Origin: Scyliorhinus canicula
Lineage: Eukaryota
Assembly: GCF_902713615.1 (NCBI RefSeq)
Contig: NC_052158.1
Span: 43,673,159-43,737,158 of the forward strand
Direction: 5' to 3'
DNA length: 64,000 nt
In this document: piece by piece, positions 22,101 through 34,100 of the stretch
How the letters are laid out: every line of letters starts with the position of its first letter
Numbering within the stretch: position 1 is the first letter of the stretch
Made by a program: the position numbers and the translations under genes
The notes under the pieces: model-generated
The model's database searches: none
What the model was told of the DNA's origin: nothing
Seen by the model: the letters and a program-made list of their open reading frames with translations, nothing else

Positions 22101-25100
22101 TGTCAGTGTCTGTGTCCAGTCATGATCTTGTTAAATGGTGGGACAGACTCAATGGCCTCTTCTTCTTCCTATTGTCTCAAAATTGCCCCCCTGCTGATTT
22201 TGGTACAGTGATTTATTAAGCAAATGGCTTGCTAGGCCACTGGACATTTAAGATCTGGAGTCACATGTAGGTCAGACCAGGTATGGATAGCAGATTTCCT
22301 TTGCTCCTAAAGGAGATTCCTATTCCCTAAAGGATATTAATGAACAAGACAAGTTCTGCTAACGATGGATTCATTTATGAGCATCATTAGACTTTTTAAT
22401 TCAAGATTTTTATTGAATTCAAATTTCACCAACTGCCATGGTGGGATTTGAACCCATGTCCCCAAAGTATTAGCCTGGGTCTCTAGGTTACTCATCCAGT
22501 GATAAAACCACTACACCACCACCTCCCCAGACTGATTGGTTTATTTATCCCTTCTTTTGGGCAGTAGCATTTGTGATTCTGCCATCTTCTTACACCACTC
22601 CCATATCTAAGGAGGATTGGTAGCTCGTGACCAGAACCTCTTCTATCTCCAGCCTTCATTTCCTCAGTAACCTCGGATGCAGTCAACCCAGCCCCCATGA
22701 CCTTGAGGGCTAACAATACTTTACTTTTGTTCCTCCTCTTGATATGTTTTTATCCTACTCAATTTTTCTACAACCTCCTCCTTTACTGTGTCATTGACAG
22801 TATCCTATTTAGTGGAAACCAATGCAAAATATTCATTTAATACCATATCCCTTACCCTCTGTTTCTAGATGATCTCCTTTTTAGTCACAAAGCAGCCCCA
22901 GCCCTCCTTGCCTAAAGAAAAGCTGGGCCAGATCCCTTTTCAATCTCACTAAAATTAGCCCTCCTCTGGGTGGTTATTTTCATTTTTGATTTTTCCTTGT
23001 TCTTTCCTGTCCCCATTTCAAACTTAAAAACAAAAGCAAAATACTGCAGATGCGGCGGCATTTGGCGCAGTGGATAGCACTGGGACTGCGTCGCTGAGGA
23101 CCCGGGTTCGAATCCCGGCCCTGGATCACTGTCCGTGTGGAGTTTGCATATTCTCCCCGTGCTTGCGTGGGTTTCACCCCCACAACCCAAAGATGTGCAG
23201 GTTAGGTGGATTGGCCACGCTAAATTGCCCCTTGGGAAAAAAAAAATTGGGTACTCTTAAATTGAGAAAAAAAAAATACTGATGCTGAAAATCTAAAACA
23301 AAACAGAAAATGCTGGAAAATCTTAACAGATCTGGAGCATCTGTGGAGAGAATATAGAGTTAATGTTTCAAGTCCATATGAATCAACTTCAGAGTTAAAG
23401 AGAGGGAGAAATGTGACAGATTATATACTGTATAAAACGGGTGCAGCAGAATAGAGAAAAAGGTCAGTGATTGGTTGGAGCTAGCAGATTGCAACAGAGA
23501 CGTGTTGATCACGAGACAGAGGAAGCGTTAATAGCAGGAGAAGGTACGAGTAGTTGCATAAAGGTAGAATATCAGAAAGTTTTAATGGGAGAATAAATCG
23601 GTGCTCAGTAAAAACAGAACTAAAGAACAAGTGACCGAAGGTCCAGTGGGGGAGGGGAGTGGTGTTTTTGCATTGGGACAAATAATAATAATAATAATAA
23701 TCACTTATTATCACAAGTAGACTTCAATGAAGTTACAGTTTCGAATATAGAAAAAAAGATCATGATGGCGGAAAACATCACAGTCTAAATGTTGAGTTCT
23801 GAGGGTTGTAATGTGCCTAACTGGAAGGTGAAGATGAATGGGATGGAGTCCTTACAGGAAGCAGGGTGTGAGGAACTGTCGTTGATGTAGCTGTTGGAGT
23901 CGGTGGCCTTGCAAATACTATTGGTGGTCAGTCTATTACCGGAAATAGAGGCAGAGAGGACAAGGAAGGCAAGGGATGTGTTGGTGATGGACCATGTGAA
24001 GAGAGGGGGAAAGTGAAAGCAACCTATTGATGTTGTGATCACTGTTGACTAAATAGTCCACCATTTTGTCCACTTAATTGTCTAGAACTAGCTCCAACAC
24101 TAATTTCTGCCTTGCTGACCGTTTTCCTGTATAAATTTCAGGAATTTCTCCCCCTCCCCACTGCCTTACTCTTCACACGATCCTAGTCTATATTTGGATA
24201 AGTTATTGTCACAACTTGATAGTTCTGGCTTATTTCTATAATCTGCCTATAAACTATCCCTTCAGTATCCCTCCCACTATTTGTTGATCACTTGTTTAAC
24301 ATATGAACTAGGAGTAGGAGTAGACATCTCAGCCCTTGAAACCTGCTTCGCCATTCAATAAGATCATGGCTGATCTCATCTCAGCCTTATCTCCACCTTC
24401 ATCCGGCTACTAATTCAAAAACTATTTGTCGGAGGCTTCCGGTGTGCACCATGGAGTGAGTGGTCACACACAAGGCAGCTCCTGCCGAAGGTTACAGAAA
24501 ACAGCTCTTTTTTTAATCAATACGGGATAGAATTTTGATGAAAAGGCGTAGGTGAATGTTGGAGGAGTACTTTCCCCCAGGAATGGTATGCTTCTTGGTT
24601 ACCAGACCCGCAGAAACAGTGAAAGATTTGGCTGAAGCTGCAGCAAAGATAAAAGCCTCTTCCAGCATGCAGGCGGGGGAAGGGCGCTCTAGAGGCCTCA
24701 AGCTGACTTGAAGGCCTTTATGAAAGCTGAATTCTAGCAGCAGAGGGAGTAACTGTGAAAATATCTCACCAAGGCCATTGAAAAATCGGGGATTCGACTT
24801 CCGGTTGCGGCGATGCAGAGCTAAGCCGCACGTTCGGTAGCTCCCGCTATTTTTGGACTTTCGGGCTCTTTTAAGGGCCCGCAACAGCGCTGATTCGGCT
24901 TCTCCCCGGGTGGGAACGCAGCCACTGTGCTCAGCGGCCGGTGGATGGGCTGGACTAGAAGTAGAGCGACCAGAAAATCAACTTTGCAGCAGAAGAAGGT
25001 GCGAAGCAGAAAGGACAAGATGGCGGTGGGCGGGGAACCGGCAGCGTGGCAGCAGTGGGCGAGGGAGCAGCAGGAGCTGCTGCTGCGCTCCTTCCAGGAA

Positions 25101-28100
25101 CTAAAGGCTGAGATCCTGGAGCCATTGAGGGCATCGCTGGAGAGGCTCGGGGCGACTCAGATGGCTCGGGCTGCGGAGATTCGGGAGCTGCAGCAAAAGG
25201 CTTTGGAGAACGAGGACGAACTCCTGGGTCTGGCGGTGAAGGTGGAGTCGCACGAGGCGCTTCACAAGAAATGGTTGGCAAGGATGGAGGAGATGGAGAA
25301 TCGCTCCCGCCGTTAGAATCTGCGGACTTTGGCCCTCCCGGAGGGGCTGGAAGGTTTGGATTTGGGGGCCTACGTGGTCCTGATGCTGAACTTGCTGATG
25401 GGCGCGGGGTCGTTCCGGGGACCCCTGGAGCTGGAGGGTGCCCATCGGGTGCTGCTGCGGAAGCCCAGGCCGCACGAGCCACCCAGGGCGGTGCTGGTCT
25501 GATTTCAACGCTTGGTCGACCGTGAGTGTGTGCTTCGTTGGGCGAAGAGGGAGAGGAGTAGCACGTGGGAGAATACGGAGATCAGGATATACCAGGACTG
25601 GAGTGCGTAGGTGGCGAAGAGAAGGGCTGGGTTTAACCGGGCGAAGGCAGTGCTCCACAAGAAGGGGGTCAAGTTTGGTTTGTTGCAGCCGGCACGCCTG
25701 TGGGTCACCTATAAAGAGCGCCAACTTTACTTTGACTCCCCAGAGGAGGCCTGGAATTTTCTCCAGGCAGAGAAGCTGGACTTGAACTGAAAACTGGGGG
25801 CTGGGAAACATTGTACACGGCTTTGTCCTCCTTGATATCCTTTCACTTTTTTCTTTTTGGTTCTGTTGGACGATGTTTTCTTTGCTGTTCTGTTTTTTCT
25901 TGTCTACTTTTCGGGACTGTTATCTGTTTACTTGGGTGTTTTATCATATCATGTTGGGACTTTTATTATTTCACTGGTTACGGGTTTGGGTGGGGTTTGT
26001 GGCCCTGTTGGGTCATGTGCCTGTCTTCCTGCGTTTTGGGTCGGGGGCGGGGCTTGGGATGGGGGCACGGGCTTTTCTCCCGCACTGGAGACGCAGGGGG
26101 TGGGGGGCGGCATTGGGGGAATGGGTGTGTGTCACTGGGAAGGGTAATTGGGGTGGCGGGAGCAGCCGGGGTCGGCAGGAGTCGGCTGACTTACGGAAGT
26201 ACAATGACTGGAGTTACGCAGCTAGGGTGGGGCCTAGCTTGGGGGGAGGGTGGGGAGGTTTTGGGCGGGTGGGGGGATAACGGGTTGCTGCTGGAATGGC
26301 CAAGAAGGAGCTGGAGCGTGTAGAGAGGGTCGGGATTGGGGTCTGTCGCTGTGGGGAACGGGGTGAGTGGGGGGCGCGGGCACGTGGCGGATAACGGAAG
26401 GGTGATGGCTAGTCGACGGGGGAGGGGGCAGGTGGCCCTCCGATCCGGCTGATCACCTGGAATGTGAAGAGACTGAATGGGCCGGTTAAATGGTCCCGCG
26501 TGTTCGCGCACCTGAGGGGGCTGAAGGCGGACGTGGCTATGCTTCAGGAGACGCACCTGAAGGTGGCGGATCAGGTCAGGTTGAGGAAGGGCTGGGTGAG
26601 CCAAGTGTTTCACTCGGGGCTGGATGCAAAAAACCGGAGGGTGGCGATCCTGGTGGGGAAGAGGGTGTCGTTTGAGGCGTTGAATGTGGTGGCAGACAGC
26701 GGCGGGAGGTATGTGATGGTAAGCGGCAAGCTGCAGGGGGAGCGGGTGCTGCTGGTCAATGTATACGCCCCGAATTGGGATGATGCAGGTTTCATGCGGC
26801 GCATGTTGGGCCGGATTCCAGATTTGGAGGCGGGGGGCCTGATAATGGGGGGGGGGGGGGGGGATTTCAACACGGTGCTGGATCCGCCACTGGATCGATC
26901 CAGTTCCAGGACGGGTAGGAGGCCTGCGGCAGCTAAGGTGCTGAGGGGGTTTATGGACCAGATGGGAGAGGTGAAACCATGGAGGTTTGCGAGACCGAGG
27001 GCCAGGGAATTTTCATACTTCTCCCATGTGCATAAGGCCTACTCCCGGATCGATTTTTTCGTTTTGAGTAGGGCGCTGATTGTGAGGGTAATAGACGCTG
27101 AGTACTCGGCGATTGCCATTTCTGACCATGCCCCGCATTGGGTGGACCTCGGGCTGGGGGAGGAGAGGGAACAGCGCCCGTTGTGGCGCTTGGAGGTGGG
27201 GCTGCTGGCGGACGAGGCGGTAAGGGGGCGGGTTCGAGGATGTATTGAGAGGTATCTAGAGGCCAACGATAATGGGGAGGTCCGAGTGGGGATGGTCTGG
27301 GAGGCGCTGAAGGCGGTGGTTTGGGGAGAGTTGATCTCCATTCGGGCCCACAGGGAGAGAGGGGAGCAGAGAGAAAGGGAGAGATTGCTGGGGGAGATGG
27401 TGAGGGTGGACAGGAGGTACACGGAGGCCCCGGAGGAGGGATTGCTGAGGGAGCGGCGCAGCCTTCGGGCTGAGTTCGACTTGTTGACCACCAGAAAGGC
27501 AGAGGCTCAATGGAGAAAGGCTCAGAGTGCGGTGTACGAGTATGGGGAGAAGGCGAGCAGGATGCTGGCACATCAGTTCCGTAAGCGGGATGAGGCCAGG
27601 GAGATTGGTGGTGTTAAGGATCAGGGAGGAAATGTGGTGTGGAGGGGGGTAGACATTGATGGGGTCTTCAGGGACTTTTATGAGAGACTATATCGGTCCG
27701 AACCTACGGCGGAGGAGGGGGGGGATAGGGCGCTTTTCAGACCGGCTGAGATTTCCGAGGGTGGAGGAGGGACGGGTGGAGGGTCTGGGGGCGCCAGTTG
27801 AGCTTGAGGAGCTGGTCAAAGGGATAGGGAACATGCAGTCGTGGAAGGCTCCGGGGCCGGATGGGTTCCCAGTTGAATTTTACAAGACGTATGCAGATCT
27901 GTTGGGTCCCCTGTTGGTTAGGACCTTTAACGAGGCAAGGGAGGGGGGCCTTGCCCCCGACGATGTCTCGGGCGCTGAGCTCCTTGATTCTTAAGCGAGA
28001 CAGGGATCCCCTGCAGTGTGGGTCATACAGGCCGATTTCACTCTTGAATGTGGACGCCAAGTTGTTGGCAAAGATCTTAAACACGAAGATTGAGGACTGT

Positions 28101-31100
28101 GTGCCGCAGGTTATACACGAGGATCAAATGGGGTTTGTGAAGGGGAGGCAGCTGAACACTAATATACGGAGGCTCTTGAACGTTATAATTATGCCAGCGG
28201 TGGAAGGGGAGGCGGAGATAATGGTGGCGCTAGATGCGGACAAGGCCTTTGCTAGGGGTCGAGTGGGGGTACTTGTGGGAGGTGCTGGAAAAGTTTGGGT
28301 TTGGGGAGGGGTTTGTCAGTTGGGTGAGGCTGTAGTATGAGGCCCCGATGGCAAGTGTGGCCATGAATAAGAGGAGGTCAGAGTATTTTCGATTATATCA
28401 AGGGACGAGGCAGGGGTGTCCCCTGTCCCCCCTACTTTTTGCGCTGACAATTGAACCCTGGCTATGGCGCTGAGGGAGTCGGGGGATTGGAGGGGCTGGT
28501 CCGGGGTGGGGAGGAGCACCGAGTGTCGCTCTACGCGAACAACCTCTTGTTGTATGTGGCGGACCCGGTGGGGGGAATGCCGGTGGTGATGGGGATTCTC
28601 CGGGAATTTGGGGATTTCTCAGGGTATAAGGTTAACTTTGGGAAGAGCGAGCTGTTTGTGATACACTCGGGGGACCAGGAGGGGGTGATTGGGAGGGTCC
28701 CACTGAAAAGGGCGGTGAGGAGCTTCAGGTACTTAGGGGTTCAGGTGGCCAGGAGCTGGGGTGCCTTGCATAAGCTTAACCTCACAAGGCTGGTGGAGCA
28801 AATGGAGGAGGAGTTTAAGAGGTGGGACATGCTGCCGTTGTCTCTGGCGGGTAGGGTTCAGTCAGTGAAGATGACGGTGCTCCCGAGGTTTCTGTTCCTG
28901 TTCCAGTGCCTCCCCATCCTTATCCCGAAGGCCTTTTTCAGGCGGGTTAACAGGAGTATTACGGGATTTGTGTGGGCGCACGGGACCCCAAGGGTGAGAA
29001 GGGTGTTTCTGGAGCGGGGCAGGCATGGGGGGGGGCTGGCGCTGCCCAACCTCTGGGTATTATTGCACTGCCAACGCAGCGATGGTGTGTATGTGGGTAA
29101 TGGACGGGGAGGGGGCAGCATGGAAGAGGATGGAGATGGCATCCTGTGTGGGCACGAGCCTGGGAGCGCTGGTAACGGCGCCGCTGCCGCTCCCTCCAAC
29201 GAGGTATACCAAGAGCCCGGTGGTGGCAGCTACCCTCAAGATTTCGGGGCAATGGAGGCGGCACAGGGGGAGGTGGGGCCTCGATGGGGTCCCCGATATG
29301 GGGGAACCACCGGTTTGTTCCGGGGAGAATTGATGGCGGGTTCCTGAGTTGGCACAGGGCAGGAGGCTGGAGGACCTGTTCATAGATGGGAAGTTCACGA
29401 GCCTGGGTGAGCTGGAAGGGAGGTTTGGGCTCCCCCAGGGGAACACCTTTAGGTACATGCAGGTAAGGGCGTTTGTCAGGCAGCAGGTGGTGGTGTTCCC
29501 TCTGCTGACGCCGCGTGGGGTTCAGGACAGGGTGCTTTCGGGGGTGTGGGTTGGAGAGGGGAGGATCTCGGAAGCGTACCAGGTGATGCAGGAGGTAGAC
29601 GAGGCCTCAGTGGAGAAGCTGAAAGGTAAATGGGAGGAGGAGCTGGGTGAGGAGATTGAGGAGGGGACGTTGGCGGATGCCCTGGAAAGGGTGAACTCCT
29701 CCTCTTCATGTGCGAGGCTTAGCCTCATACAGTTTAAGGTGCTGCATAGGGCTCAAATGACCGGGACAAGGATGATTCGGTTTTTTGGGACTGAGGACAG
29801 GTGTGTTAGGTGCTCTGGGGGCCCAGCAAATCATGTCCATATGTTCTGGGCATGCCCAGCGCTGTGGGAGTTTTGGAAGGGTGTAGCAAGGACGGTATCG
29901 AGGGTGGTAGGATCCAGGGTCAATCCAGGCTGGGGACTCACAATATTTGGGGTTGCAGTGGAGCCGGGAGTGCAGGAGGCGAAAGAGGCCGGTGTTCTGG
30001 CCTTTGCGTTCCTAGTAGCCCGGCGGAGGATTCTTCTTCAGTGGAAGGATGCGAGGCCCCCAAGCATGGAGGCCTGGGTCAACGATATGGCGGGGTTTAT
30101 TAAATTGGAGAGGGTGAAATTTGCCCTAAGGGGGTCAGTGCAGGGGCTTTTCAGGAACCATTCCTAGATCTCCTGGCAGAACGGTAAAATCAAAAGGTCA
30201 GCAGCAGCAGCAACCCGGGGGGGGTCTCTTTGTTTTATTTTTGCTTGAATCTTCGCTAACGATGGGCGTTTATTTATTATTTCTCTTTTGTATATATGGG
30301 GGGGGGTGTTTGTTCTTTTTGTTCTTTGAATTTTCTGTTACTGTTTTCTTTTTTGTGAAAATGTGAAAATTTGAATAAAAATTATTTTTAAAAAAAACTA
30401 TTTGTCTGACTCCTGGTGGCGACATGTAGGTGGAGGTCTCCCGTTAAGTGGCTCCTGCTAGAGTCTCTGGTTTTTAGACTTTTATGCCCAGTTTCAGCGG
30501 TAGTTTGTAAATGAGCTGGTGTGGGAAATTATAAGGAAGACATGAAATATCGAAGACCCAGAAGAAGGGTGCTAGAAAGAAGGGGCTGAGTGAACGTCTA
30601 CCGTCGAGTGAGTTGATGAGTGCTGCAGGAAGAAAGATGGCGGTGACTGGGTCGACGGCTGGGGCAGCTCCCTTCACGTGGAGACTCTGCCTGAGGTGAT
30701 GTCGGTAGAGTTCAAGAGGCCTTTTCGAAGCATACGGAGGAAGATGATGACCGCAATGAAGGTGTGGCTGGAGGGCCGATTGCGCCAGTAAAGGCGGCAG
30801 TGGTGAAGACATTGGTCGATATACGGGAACAAGTAGAGAAGCTGAAGGGGGTGGAGGAGGCTCTGTCGCAAAATAGCGACCAGTTCACCTGGGCGAGGAA
30901 CTGTGGAAGGTGGCGGAGGCCAACAAAGGGCTCAGACCTAAGGTGGAGGAACTGAAGAATAGGTCAAGGAGGTAAAATCTGAGAATCGTGGGCCTGCCTG
31001 AGGGGGTGGAGGGCCCGGAGCCTACCTAGTACTTTACAAAGATGTTTGCGGAGTTGATTGGGGGGCGGGAGGAAGAGAATCCTCTCGCTACATCGGTCAC

Positions 31101-34100
31101 TCAGGCCGAAGACTAAAGCGATGAGCCACCAAGCGTGGTTATAGTCTGCTTTCACCGGTTCAACATGAAGGAAAAGGTCTGGAGCTGGGTGAAGTAGAGA
31201 CGAGAGGTAAAGTGGGAAGGCGTTGGTACATGAATATACCAAGAACTGACAGTGGAGCTGGCAAGAAGGTGGGCGGCCTTTGGACGGATGAAGGCAGCAG
31301 TGGGGTGAGATTTGGTCTACCCCGCGAAGTTGAGAGTGATGCACAACTCAAGAGATTCTTATTTTGAGATGGTGGAGGCAGTGGAGTCGTCCGTTGAGGC
31401 TGAAGGACTGGGACTGAGATGAGAGATGGGCTTGGTTGGTGGAGACGGGGATAGTGTTTTTCTTGTGGAGGATTTTCTATTTGATTGGCGTTTTGTTTCT
31501 CTTTCTTGAATAGGGAGGTATTGTTTACATTTGTTCACATGTGGTTTGGGTTTTGGTTTCCTTTTTTTATGAGTACATGTTCGTATTGTTCTTTGATATA
31601 AGGGAGGTGGCGATTTGTTGGGGTACGTGGGGCCAGGTTACTGAGGGGGGGGGGGGGGGGGGGGGACGCTGGCAGGGGTCACCGCACTAGCAAACAAATG
31701 TTGGCTAGTGAACGGGAGTGTTGGTGGAGCCTGACTGAGCAGGTTTCGATGGACCTGGGGTGTGAATGGTGATAGAGGGAATCAAACTGATGAGGTATTT
31801 GCAAGAGGAAGTAGATGGGTGGAATTCTGCCCGGGGGGGGGGATGTTCGACGGTAACAAAAGATTGGGGCGGACCTCGCTGGATGGGCAGGACGCGGGGG
31901 GGGGGGGGGGAGAGAGAGAGAGAGGAACGCGAGGGGGTTAGGGGGACGGTGAAGAGATTGAGCGTTTTTGCACATTTGAAGAGTTTAAAAGCTGATGTGG
32001 TGATGCTGCAGAAGACCCATTTGAAGGTTATGGATCAGGTGAGGCTCAGGAAGAAGTGGGTGAACCAGGTGTTTCATTTGGGGTTTGATAGTAGTACTTT
32101 GTGAGTGGTGATATTGGTGGGCAAGAGGGTGAGGTTTCAGGTGGAGAGGTAGTGGCTGATCAGGGGGGCGGGTAAGTGATAGTGACAGTTGCATTACAAT
32201 AATAATCTTTATTATTGTTACAAGTAGGCTCACATTAACACTGCAATGAAGTTACCCGACCTAGGTGTCACTCCATCCCCCTAATTGGCTCATCCCAAGG
32301 CCTGAATTGAACCTGATCTCTGGTGAAGCAATAAGAAGTCTTACAGCACTAGGTTAAAGGCTAACAGGTTTATTTGGAATCACAGGCTTTCGGAGCGTGG
32401 CTCCTTCATCAGTTGAGTGGTGCTGTGAAGCAGCAGTGTTAACCACTGTGCCACCATGCTGCCCATAAAGGATTGGTTAGCTAACAGGAAACATAGATGG
32501 TAGCCATGATGTGGAGATGCCGGCGTTGGGCTGGGGTGAGCACAGTAAGAAGTCTTACAACACCAGGTTAAAGTCCAACAGGTTTGTTTCAAACACGAGC
32601 TTTCGGAGCACTGCTCCTTCCTCAGGTGAAGGAGCTGCGCTCCGAAAGCTCGTGTTTGAAACAAATCTGTTGGACTTTAACCTGGTGTTGTAAGACTTCT
32701 TCCAGGAAACATAGAGAGTAGGACTAAATGGAAGTGAATGTGAATGTGGAGTTGAGGCCACAGTCAGAGGAGGCATCATCTTACTGAATGGGGGAGCAGG
32801 CTCAAGGGGTTGAGTGGCCTCCTCCTAATTCTTGGGTTGGATTCTCCAGTTCCCCAGCATGTGTTTCTCAGCAATGCGCCGGTCATTGGTGACGGGATTC
32901 TCTAGTCCTGCCGCATGACAATGGGATTTTTTTATTGAAGCCACTGCACTGTGCTGGGAAACCCATGGGGGTGGGGGCTTCCAGCGGGAATAGAGAATCC
33001 CAACGGCCAGAGAATTCCAGCCCATGAGCTGGGTTCTCCATTTCTGGTTCAGCATGCCGGTGGGATGCTCTATTTCGCCAGCTGGTCAATGGGGTTTCCC
33101 ATTGTGAGGCAGCCCCACGCTGTTGGGAAACCCCCGGGCTGCCGGAAAAATGGAGCATCCCGATTGTGGAGAGCCTAGCCCCATATGTTTGTATTCTCTG
33201 GGCAGACTGCCCGTCACATCACAGACTCTGGGCGGGATTCTCCCGTACTTCGCTGGGCGGGGGGCCCCGGCGGGATGGAGTGGCGTGAACCACTCCGGCG
33301 TCGGGCCGCACCTTTAGGGGCCAAGCCCTCACCTTTAGGGGCCAAGCCCTCACCTTTAGGGGCCAAGCCCTCACCTTTAGGGGCCAAGCCCTCACCTTTA
33401 GGGGCCAAGCCCTCACCTTTAGGGGTAGGCCCGTGCCGGAGTGGCTTGTGCGCCGCTGGCCGGTGTGGAAGGCCTTTGGCACCATGCCAGCCGGGGCCAA
33501 AGGGACTCCGCCGGCCAGCGGAAGTCTGCGCATGCGCGGGAGCATCAGCTGCTGCTGACGTCATCCCTGCACATGCACAGGGGGGTCACCTCCCCGTCGG
33601 CCATCGCGGAGGCTGACACGGCTGACGCGGAGGGTGAAAGAGTGCCCCCACGGCACAGGCCCACCCGCAGATCGGTGGGCCCCGATCACGGGCGAGGCCA
33701 CCGTGGGGGCACCCCCGGGGGCCAGGTCGCCCCGCGTCCCCCCCCAGGACCCCGGAGCCCGCCTGCCCCGTCTGTCCCGCCAGTAAGGCAGGTGGTTTAA
33801 TTCACGCCGGTGGGACCTGCATTACAGCAGCGGGACTTCGGCCCATCGCGGGCCGGAGAATCGCCCGGGGGGGGGGGGCTCGCCGACCGGCGCGGCGCGA
33901 TTCCCGCCCCCGCCAAATCTCCGGTGCCGGAGAATTCGGCGGCTGGCAGGGGCGGGATTCAAGGCGGGGGTGGGATTCACTCCGCACCCTGGCGATTCTC
34001 CGACCCGGCAGGGGGAATCGGAGAATCCCGCCCTCACGTTAGCATGGTGGTTAGCATCAATGCTTCACAGCTCCAGGGTCCCAGGTTCGATTCCCGGCTG

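Larger units (their letters stand above)
24431..30392 (+). mobile_element. Full-length L1-clade LINE, decayed, with an extra upstream L1 5' module, in intron 4
   Basis: ORF1 ~25020-25790, ORF2 ~26405-30167, AATAAA at 30374-30379 plus an A tail, 14-bp TSD AAAAACTATTTGTC (24417-24430, 30393-30406). Confidence 0.92.

Noticed and set aside
24955-29728. Pro-rich antisense ORFs within the L1
   Set aside because: Expected from the G-rich L1 sense strand; no independent features.
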